Assembly: GCA_964016885.1 (NCBI GenBank)
Contig: OZ024743.1
Location: 203,670,001 to 203,734,000, forward strand
From: Eledone cirrhosa
Lineage: Eukaryota
Length of the DNA stretch: 64,000 nucleotides
Reading direction: 5' to 3'
Part shown: piece by piece, positions 53,914 to 64,000 of the stretch
Numbering within the stretch: position 1 is the stretch's first letter
Layout: every line of letters begins with the position of its first letter
The notes under the pieces: model-generated
The model's input: only the letters and a program-made list of their open reading frames with translations
What the model was told of the DNA's origin: nothing
Databases searched by the model: none
Made by a program: the position numbers and the translations under genes

Positions 53914-54088
53914 TCTCCTATATTCATATGCAAAATGCCTGGCTATTTTTTTCGAATTTTCTCTTTCCCCGTTCTGTTTAGAAGGAGAGAGTAGAAGCTA
54001 GATGATGCAAGTAAAAGAGAAGGAATTTGGGAGAGGAAGAGAGAAAGACGTAAAAATATGAATGAAAATCTTAAAGAGGGGGGGGGGG

Positions 54089-55155
54089 ATAGAAACAGAG
54101 AAATATACACGTCAAGAGTGAGAAGGGGAGAGAGAGAAAGAAAGAGAGGTGCTACACATGTAAGTTTGTGTGTGTTTGTGCGTGTGTATTTGTGTTGCTA
54201 CTTACATACACATGCATATAATTGAATATAAAAGGAAAAACGAACACAGATATATATATATATGTGTTCAAATCTCAAGGGGCCAGATTCGCTAAGGTGA
54301 AAAGAATACTAACTATAGACAATAGGGTTTGCTTGTCTCAATTTAACAAAAAATCAAGAAAATAAATACAAGCCGGAATTGTGGTAACTACCAGTCACCC
54401 AGACAGCTCTTGGTGCTGTTTCGCAATATTAATTGTGAATAGAAATACCAATTCTAGCTCATCAGTGGGTGAAGAATTAGTATCCTAGACACTTCTAAGT
54501 ATATTAAGTAACTGAATAGTGTGCTATATATAATAAAGCACATGGTATCTAAAATAGTAGCCAGGTTTATTCGACATTTGAAATAGCTCAACAAATTAAC
54601 GGAGCGAATCCGTTAATTTGTCGAGCTATTTCAAATGTCGAATAAATCTGGCTGCTATTTTTAGAGGTGTAAGTTTGTGAGACACGCTAAGATACCATGT
54701 GCTGTATTATATATAGCACACTATTCAGTTACTTAATATACTTAGAAGTGTCTAGGATACTAATTCTTCACCCACTGATGAGCTAGAATTGGTATTTCTA
54801 TTCACAATTAATATTGCGAAACAGCAACAAGAGCTGTCTGGGTGACTGGTAGTTACCACAATTCCGGTTTGTATTTATTTTCTTGATTTCTTTTCTTAAA
54901 TTGAGACAAGCAAACCCTATTGTCTATAGTTAGTATTCTTTTCACCTTAGCGAATCTGGCCCCTTGCGACTTGAACACACACATATATATATATATATCT
55001 GTGTTCGTTTTTCCTTTTATATTCAATTATATGCATGTGTATGTAAGTAGCAACACAAATACACACGCACAAACACACACAAACTTACATGTGTAGCACC
55101 TCTTTCTTTATCTCTCTCCTTCTCACTCTTGACGTGTATATTTCTCTGTTGCTAT
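54089..55155. repeat. ~1.07-kb near-perfect inverted repeat containing two hammerheads
   Basis: ~515-bp arms centred on AACGGA-gcgaa-TCCGTT at ~54606. The right arm has a ~26-bp insertion. Confidence 0.9.
54768..54845 (+). ncRNA. Canonical type I hammerhead ribozyme (mirror copy at 54395-54472 on -)
   Basis: TCACCCA-CTGATGA-GC..AATTG...CAATT..GC-GAAA-CAGC-aacaaga-GCTG-TC|TGGGTGA. Confidence 0.82.
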
Positions 55156-55356
55156 TTATATATCAAAGGTATATATTGAGTTAGAAACTCAAAATAGTCT
55201 TTTACAATAAAATAGCTCTAAGAAAGAGATTTTTCCGTGCCGTATAACCACTCAACAAAGATTTAAACGGGCTGGGTGCTTAAAACCTTTTCTGTCATGT
55301 ATATGACGTCAAAATCTTCATACGTTTACTATCCAATGACCTATACTGACAACTCT

Positions 55357-55530
55357 TGGCAGTATTGGTAGAGCGTCAGACACCATGCTTTGTAGCATAG
55401 ACTTATGGCCCTTTGCGTTCTGAGTTCAAATCCGCCGAGGTTAACTTTGTCTTTCATCCTTACGGGGTCGATAAAATAAAGTACCAGTAATGCACTGGTT
55501 AATCGCTGGCCTTGTGCCAAAAGTAGAAAC
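55357..55530 (+). mobile_element. tRNA-derived SINE
   Basis: Matches the SINE unit. Confidence 0.82.
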
Positions 55531-56160
55531 TCTATTGCTATATATTCTATTTGATATCTCTCTCTGTTTTTCACTCTTTTCTTTAGACGCTCTCTTTATA
55601 GCAATGTATTTATCGTTCACTTCATTTCAGTTTCCTCTCTCTCTCCCTCTCTCTACTTTGGGACATTTTCTTTGTCATTTAAACACGTGTGGGTCAGTGT
55701 GACAAATCACACCATGTCTTGTAAAGAGAAATTTTGGGAGGGGCGAAACAATTTATCCTACATCAAAAGATATTTCATTCGGAATAAAAGAATAAAAAAG
55801 ATATGTATGATCGATCATATTGATGCTGTCGATATTATGATGATAGTGGTGGGGGTGGCGTCTTATGTGGTGTATTGTGTCCACCAACAAACTAAAACAT
55901 AATTTATAAATATTAATTTTATTGTGTAACTGTTATTCTCTGTCACATTCTCTCTCTTTTTCTCTCTCTACCCCCTCTCTCACTCTTTCACTCTGTGTCC
56001 ATATATCCTAGTTTCTGCCTCGTCATAAATCTCAGTTTCTCTCTAATATATATATTCAGGTCAAACATATTTGCTGTAACTAATTCATCATATAATGCTT
56101 ACATAACACATATATTCATGCTATCACTACGCATTTGTCTTACCTTAATGTATGCTATTA

Positions 56161-56343
56161 TTGGCAGTATCGGTAGAGGGTCGGACGCCATGCTTTCTAG
56201 CATAGTTACGTCCCTTTACGGTCTGAGTTCAAATCCCGTCGAGGATAACTTTGCCTTTCAACCTTACGGGGTCGATAAAATAAAGTACCAGTAATGTACT
56301 GGATAATTGCTGGCCTTGTGCCAAAAGTAGAAACAATTATTAA
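56161..56343 (+). mobile_element. tRNA-derived SINE
   Basis: Matches the SINE unit. Confidence 0.85.
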
Positions 56344-56519
56344 CATTCTTTGTATAATATCCTTGATATATTTACTTGATATATAACACTTCAATATTTT
56401 ACTATCTTTTCATTGTAATATTATTTTGTTGTTCTTGCTCTTCAATATAATGTCACTGACACTATTAATTATAATGTTCTAAAGATTAGGAATTTAATTA
56501 CTTGTGTTAACATTGTATA

Positions 56520-56566
56520 TGCTCCGATGAATCCAGACATTTGTCTGGAAGAAACGATCGTCAGCA
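56520..56566 (+). ncRNA. Minimal hammerhead motif, C4 variant
   Basis: TGCT-CCGATGA-aTCCAGACA-tt-TGTCTGGAa-GAAA-CGATCG-TC|AGCA. Confidence 0.7.
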
Positions 56567-56648
56567 ATTAAATGCATTAAAGAAAATTTTGATTGTTTTC
56601 TATGTTGTATATTCATGTGTATATATATATATATATATATATTTACAG

Positions 56649-58878
56649 ATGTCACTCAATATCTGATGCAGATGACGTGGTCTCTTATTTTGGAGAGACG
56701 ACTGAAGAAAGCCACCCAGAAGAAGAAGAAACCGATGGAACATCGGTAAAGACTAATGAACATTCCCCAAACCCTATTCTATTAGCTACAGATAGCGTGG
56801 ACCAGAAAAGCAAGTTTCCTGATTTTAAATTCAATTGCCGGAAATATGCTAACAATCTAGTTACTCGTTCAGAGCAGAACCCATACCTAGACGACACGAA
56901 TAATAAGACTATAAGAGATACGGATGAAGAAGATGGAGAAGAAGGTGGTGAAGGAGATGGAAGAAGAGGGCAGAAAATAGAAGTAACAGTAGAGGGGGAT
57001 GAAGATGAAGAAGAGCGTGAAGAAACAAAACGTTTCTCCAGAGATAACGAGGCTAGTGCTGTCAAGACGTATAAAAAATATAAATATAATAATTTAAAAA
57101 CAAATAAAGCAAGAAGATTTTTTGCAGCTCATCGTAGCGTGTCCTTAAGCGTTGATAATGAGGGTGAACATCTTCCGGTTTCATCGTCAGCTGAAATATT
57201 AAATAAGCCAATATTGGAAGTGTCACCTTCTGTTGACGATGAACATTGCTCTGCCACGGTTTCTGATTTGCAGAACGACCAGACAATTAATCAACCCTAC
57301 AGGCTAAAGAAACCCCAGCGCCCAAGCTTACGTCGGTCGAAAACTCAACCATCTCCGCCAGAGTCACCCGATCAAAATAGATATAGTGTACATAAAACAG
57401 TACGATTCTTAGTGGAGGTGGAGGGCTGTGGAGAAGGTGGAGACGATTATTACAACGCGGACCCCTATTGCCAAGACTACAACTATGACGTCATAGACGA
57501 TAATGACGATGATGAAGAGTATAATGACAAGCAGTACAAGAAAGGAAGAGTTCATTATGCAGGTTTAGGGGAGGATCGACAAGGTAGACGTTTCGAAAAA
57601 GAAAAATATCCAGGGAGAATATACAACACAGTCGCCTCAATGAGATTGTCTTCAATATCATCACCTTCTCTACAGCGTGGTCCCAGCACTACAATGATGC
57701 CCAATTTGGCTACATCAAATTCAATATCCTCATCCTGGTCGAACTTCAGGCTTAACCTCTACAAAAAGTTGACGCAGAAATCTTGGGTCGACGATTCAAA
57801 AAATCGGCGAACTAAGTTGAACAATACGGAAGAATTATTTCCAGCAGCGTCGGGTTCAAAAAGAACTTCATCTTCATCACTATCATCCTCATCGTCACCA
57901 TCGTCCGACTATATGCTCACATGTTCAAACAAAATGGCTACATCGAAAATGAAACCTTTATTACAAAAGCATATTAGCGAGTCATCGGCCCCTTTGGAAA
58001 GTAGGGGAAAACTGTCGTATGTTTCAGATTGTAGTTTAAGAGTAGAAAGTAGCAAAAGTTGCCCTCGCGTAGAAGAACCAATGAAAAGATCATCTAAAAA
58101 ATGGGCCAATGTGGCGGCAAAGGTAGCTTCAAAAGCGACATCGAGGGCCATCGTAAGATCTACTTCTTCTCTTACCATGCCACCGACGACATTGATAGCA
58201 ATTACTACTGTTTCAACTACTACTGCTTCTACTGCTGCTATTACTACGCTTAGTAGTGGCACTACTACTGCTGCTACTAATGCTAATGTAACCTCTACTA
58301 TTACCACTAATATTCATACTAATAATAACAGCACTATTACAACTACTGTTAATAATTCAGTTCAGCCTACATCATCCTCACTGATGTCATCGTCTCCTTC
58401 AACAGCATCATCAACATCTTCTTCATCATCATCATCGTCGTCATCGACGCCTTCCTTATCATCAACAATACCAACTATAAAAATATCATCAACAACAACA
58501 ATAACATCAGCAACACCACCGTCGGTGTTATCGTCAGCGACAGCTACTTCACCAGCGTTAGCACCAGCGCCAGTGTGTGCGACATCATCATTATTACCAT
58601 CATCATCATCATCATCATCAACAGCAGCAACAACGTCATCATCATTATCAAAATCATCATCATCATCCTCCTCATCAAGAGGACTGGCTCAACCAAACAT
58701 GGAAAGCACAGAGAGTTGCCCTGAGCAACAACTCGGGTTGCCATCGGCTGAAGGAATGGAGAAAGTTATTGACAACGAAAGAAAAATTCGTATCCGTAAG
58801 TTACAACAAGATTTGACCCGAATACAGAAGGAACTTCTGGCACTTGATGACCTTGAGTATGACGTTTCTTATGTTTGA
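56649..58878 (+). CDS. GABA-B-R3: GABA-B receptor terminal coding exon, long disordered acidic and Ser/Thr-rich tail with terminal coiled coil and PDZ-type end (-SYV)
   Basis: ttacAG acceptor. The phase-2 join gives AG+A=Arg then CHSISDADD..., matching the 761-aa ORF frame. Open for 2.2 kb to TGA. Confidence 0.8.
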
Positions 58879-59092
58879 ATATGTTTAAAGAAAGGTGGGG
58901 AAGGGTGAAAGAAGAAAGAATATAACAGGTGAAAACCATGCTTTATGTTAGCACTCAGATTCAAATGTCTCAATTTCGCTTGTATGTCACCACCACCATC
59001 GCCGTCAGTAACACCACCGCCAATAACACATACACATTACACACAAACATACGCAACTACACAACTTACACATATTATACACACACATGCAC

Positions 59093-59144
<52 letters not shown>

Positions 59145-59247
59145 AGTGTGTGGGTGTGTGTGTGTTTGCGTGTGATTTGTGAGAGAGAGAGGTTGTGTGT
59201 GTGTGAGTGAGTGAGAGAGAGAGAAAGCGTGTGAGGGAGAGTGTATA

Positions 59248-59287
<40 letters not shown>

Positions 59288-59324
59288 TGTGTGAGTGAGA
59301 GAGTGTGTGTGAGAGAGAGAGAAT

Positions 59325-59356
<32 letters not shown>

Positions 59357-59405
59357 ATGTGTGTGTGTATGTGAGAGAGAGAATGTGTATGAGTGTGTCA
59401 GATAG

Positions 59406-59440
<35 letters not shown>

Positions 59441-59726
59441 TGCGTGTGTGTGTGTGTGTTCTGTCAGATCATAGAAAGAAATGGTTTGAAGTATTTCTAC
59501 TGGCTCTTGCGTTCTTGGTTCAAATGCCGCCGAGGTTAACTTTGTTTTGATCCTTCCTACGGTCAAGTACTGTGATCGTTATAATCGATTTTCCGCTCTC
59601 CCCAAAGTTGCTGTACTTGTACTTCATTTAGAAACTGTATTACATACAGACAGACACACTATACATGTCAAATAAACAAGCCGACATACTATAATAGCAT
59701 AAAAGCAAACAACTGGGATTCTACGT

Positions 59727-60041
59727 CAGGAGTCCCCAACCTTTTGGGTCCGCGGGCCGGATAGCCATGCAGCGGTGGCTCCGCGGGTCGGATGCGCAAT
59801 TAATACTACTTATATACAAATAAGTAATCATTTATTTATCCCTTATGTTAGATTTGAAACAAAATTCAATATTGATACTTAGAGCTGAAAAATACATTTA
59901 AACATTGTTTTATTCGGCAATATCGATAGATCGGGTGCGAATTTATTGCAAACTGTACCCTGTTTAGAAACCTCGCGGGCAGGATAAAGGCCTTCACGGG
60001 GCAGATTGAAACCCTTCGCGGGCCGGGGGTTGGGGACCCCG
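59727..60041. mobile_element. hAT (Charlie-like) MITE
   Basis: TIRs CAGGAGTCCCCAACC / GGTTGGGGACCCCG, with an exact 8-bp TSD TTCTACGT at 59719-59726 and 60042-60049. Confidence 0.88.
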
Positions 60042-60297
60042 TTCTACGTAGTTGCCCGACTTACAAGAATTAGCAGCAAGATGTCTATCAAATCACATTC
60101 TACTATCTTAGAAAACAACACATTTGATAATACGATCCTAGGTTGCCGGCGCATAAGAAAAAGACTTGATGATCGTGATTGAAATACATTAATCATACCT
60201 GTGCTTCATTGAGGCTGACCTGCTGTTAAACAGCAACGACAGCTGAATACACACCATGTCAAATCACATAAACACACAAACACACATGTATATAAAT

Positions 60298-60383
60298 ATA
60301 TTGGGTCGTCAAGTATGAAATTTGTAGAAATTTGTTTTTTTTTCTAGAAATTTCTAGAAATTTCATATTTGACGACCCAATAT
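60298..60383. mobile_element. Tiny mariner-like MITE
   Basis: ATATTGGGTCGTCAA...TTGACGACCCAATAT terminal inverted repeats. Confidence 0.62.
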
Positions 60384-60786
60384 ATATGTGTGCGTGCGTG
60401 TGTGTGTGTGTGTGCGCGCATGTGCGAGCGCGCATGCAGGTATGTGTGTAATTCGATAAAATATATACGATTGTTTACAATATTCTAAACTTACCCCAAT
60501 AACAGGTTATTGAGTTCTCTGGCATAACTACATATGTCTGGAAATACACTCACACACATGTATATATATATATATGTGTGTGTGTGTAGTGTATGTTTAT
60601 ATAGGCAACCAGCTGACTTGAGAATCATTTGGAAAATTTGAAATCTGCACGTAATGACTATAGTAGATAAAGTACCTCTGAGGGAGATAGGAAATGTTGA
60701 ACAAGGTTACCTCTCTCCACTGTTTTACTATCTTCAGGACTACTTTTCTTGGTTTATCAACTATTATTTATAGTGATCGAATATTA

Positions 60787-60976
60787 GTGGATTGGCAGTA
60801 TCGGTAGAGGGTCAGACGCCATGCTTCGTAGCATACAGTTATGACCCTTTACGGTCTGAGTTCAAATCCCGCCGAGGTTAATTTTGCCTTTCATCCTTAC
60901 GGGGTCGATAAAATAAAGTACCAGTAATGCACTGTGATAATTGCTCGCCTTGTGCCAAAAGTAGAAACAGTTATTA
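60787..60976 (+). mobile_element. tRNA-derived SINE
   Basis: Matches the SINE unit. Confidence 0.85.
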
Positions 60977-61419
60977 TAGTAATTTGCGGTTTTTCTTCTA
61001 GTATATTTAATTGGTAGACGAAGCTTGTCTAATAGAACGGACATAGCTTCGGTCGTTCCCTCACTCACTCAATGATCAACTAAGTTCGTATTATTAAAAT
61101 TCGTACCCGGCTGGCCAGAGTGTACACTTTCGTTAATCAGTGAGGAAGACGACTTCATGTGTATAAGAGGATATATATATATATGTGTGTGTGTCTATGC
61201 ATGCATATATATATATATATTGGTAAACGGAAAAGAAAATGCTGACAAATTGTTCACAGTGAAAAATAGTTTAATTAGGAATAAGTGAAAATTAGTAATA
61301 GTATTGGTTAGTATTCAGTTTTGGTTTTAAGTTTTACCGGTTGCGCATTTCTAATGCTTTTCAAAAATAATTTTGAGATAGAGCGTCCTGTGATGTTTGC
61401 TCTAATATATATATATATT

Positions 61420-61523
<104 letters not shown>

Positions 61524-61549
61524 TACATAGATACACACACACGGGCCCG

Positions 61550-61585
<36 letters not shown>

Positions 61586-61779
61586 ATGGTTAAACAGAAA
61601 TAACAACACAATCGTTACAGTATATGGAAGGAATATATTAGGTTAACGCTTGAAATAGCAGGTCCTTCATCAGAAGAAAGGATGAGAAATTAGAAAGATT
61701 GAAGGGACGGGCGAGGTAGAATTGGAGAAAATGTTTTTGCCAAAAAATAACAATACATATATATACATATATATATATA

Positions 61780-61858
<79 letters not shown>

Positions 61859-62417
61859 TACAGTCTGGATCCTACAATTCATTTTTCACACAGCCATCTT
61901 TCTTTTGAAACATACACTCCTACGCAACTTTCATTTTCACCTTTGGTACATCCTGACCACACCGACATCTCCTCTAATTCAAAAGAGATAAGGAAGTCAG
62001 AAACCATTTAATCAGAAGTTCACTATACCCGAGACATACTTATCTAAGTATTCTCCAGTGCGCTAGCCCTATATACTGCACCTGACAATAAACGAGTAAA
62101 AGCATAACAACCACTGGCTACAAACCTCTTTATCCAATCGCCCATAAGTTCAGCTTTATGTCTACCGTTGCCTAGGTAACTGCTTTTGCGTGTACCTTCG
62201 AAATGTCGGTCAATAACCTCTACGCCAAGTCGTGATCCACAGGTACTCCAGATCTGGTCATACCAAGGTCTTTTGTTTCCATATTTCTAATACAAGACTT
62301 TATTATTTTCAAATAATTTTAGAAATAATCAAGAATTTTGAGGGATTAAGAAATATAGCTAACTTTTACATTACTCAGCTGATGTTTGGAGATTAACTTG
62401 GCTAAGTTTCTTACATT

Positions 62418-62620
62418 CAGTATCGTTAGAGCGTCGGACAACATGCTTTGTGGTATATACTTACGGCCTTTTATATTCTGATTTGAAATCCCACCCCGGT
62501 TAGCTTTGCCTTTCATCCTTACAGGGTCGATAAAATAAAGTACATTATTCACTGAGGTTGCTTTAATCGAATTTCCCCTCCACAAAAATGGTTGGGCTTA
62601 TGCCAAAAATCAGAAGCCAT
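62418..62620 (+). mobile_element. tRNA-derived SINE (diverged)
   Basis: AGAGCGTCGGAC..CATGCTTTG...GCCTTTCATCCTTACAGGGTCGATAAAATAAAGTAC. Confidence 0.75.
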
Positions 62621-64000
62621 TATATCATGACGGGAGGTTTTTAAATAAACATGAATACTATAAAATATCATAGAAGCAGCGGCAGATTCAAGTTTTTTGT
62701 ATCAAAAGGAAAGCCAACTCACAATGTCCGGTATTTCTGCAGAAATGGGGACATTAACCTCCAGGAAACGCAAAAATCAGATCATTTTCGCCGTCAGAAT
62801 ATCTTAACTTTCAGGTATGAATGAGCGTCTCAGTTGCTCCTCTTTTTAATTTCACACCACCACCACCCATCCAATTTATGTCAGTGCTTCTGTAAGAATA
62901 TTTTAATTTGTTACATGTGAGCATAGCTGTGTGGGTAAGGAGATTTCTTCGCAACCACTTGATCTCGGGTTCTGTCCTGCTGCGCAGCGACATGGTTAAC
63001 TGCCTTCTGCTATAACCTCAGGTTGAATAATCCCTTGTAAGTGAAATTTTGTAGAGGGAAACAGTAGAAACTCGTCGAATGTATGTGTGTATGTGTGTGT
63101 GAGCTCGCGTGTCACTGTTTCTATGTTAACGTTCGTGTTTGCGTTTGTATCTCTTTCTTATAACTTAGTGGTTCGACAAAAAGAGATCGATAAAATAAAT
63201 GCCTACCAGCCTTGCAAACATAAGTACTGGGGTTGATATGATCAACTTCAAAGTGATGCTCATTCATGACCGCCGTCTGATTACTGAAACCAGTAAAAAG
63301 AATACAAGTGTAAAAGAAAAAAACATATGAACAGACATATGTTTGTGAATGTGTACTTATCGCAGTTACTAAACTAAAGTAAACTAACCAAAAGCTTCCT
63401 AACTTTAGACTAACCAACATACTTCACCGTTCGTCTCAATCGAATAACCCTCTTTTTTCTGCTCGCTCATATTCTCTTTGCACTCGTAACTTCTTCCTTT
63501 CTAAAATTACCTCCCTTTCACTGTTCAACCTCATTTCCGTTTACGACAACGTCGCTCCTTCGAATGAGCAACGACTAATTCTCTGCGATTTGTTGCCATT
63601 CATTTTTGTGAGTCCATTCTGGAATGGTATAAATACGAAGAAAAATATGAATCCCTCGTTGTAAAATCTCCCAATGTTATACGAACATAAGAAACAAAGC
63701 ATCAGATATATTATGAGTTCTGCAAACCCAAACATGATTTATAGTTTCTCGATAGCAAATAAAACACCAGCTGCTAGGGGCTCTGATATTTTCCTCTATT
63801 CACCACAGCCTCTGTCGCTACATATACAATCGCTATAAACATCCAGACTCAACAACAACACTCCAGAATTCTAATTTAGTATCATCCTTCAAACTATGTG
63901 TATATCGAACTCTCCAGAACACTTGCATGCTGCTCTTCATTCTAAGACTTCTGTAGCTCTATTTCAGTCCAGATTGCATACACTAAAAGAACAGCAGCCG

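Noticed and set aside
56685-58816. Antisense and alternate-frame ORFs over the terminal exon
   Set aside because: Shadows of the repetitive sense ORF.

Overview
AT-rich, microsatellite-saturated animal genomic DNA, most likely an octopus or other cephalopod (inferred from the SINE family and repeat landscape). The + strand carries the 3' half of a class C GPCR of the GABA-B receptor family, closest by recalled motifs to invertebrate GABA-B-R3. Six phase-consistent GT-AG exons (7056-7172, 9548-9670, 11302-11637, 43943-44098, 46656-46804, 56649-58878) encode TM3-TM7 and an ~840-aa cytoplasmic tail ending in -SYV. The introns hold three Penelope-like retroelements (RT + C-terminal GIY-YIG), a Tx1/L1-like LINE, RTE and RLE-type LINE fragments, a Helitron-like element, mariner and hAT MITEs, and ~20 tRNA-derived SINE copies. 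The most striking unannotated signal is a dense set of about 20 (TA)n-embedded fold-back elements from about ten sequence families. Most contain whole or half hammerhead ribozyme motifs, including U3-A8 and C4 core variants and palindromic stem III. Most also share an ACUC/GAGU hairpin, and several are demonstrably built from the two ends of the full-length Penelope elements, which points to a twin-priming integration mechanism. All folds were derived by eye and none has been tested.
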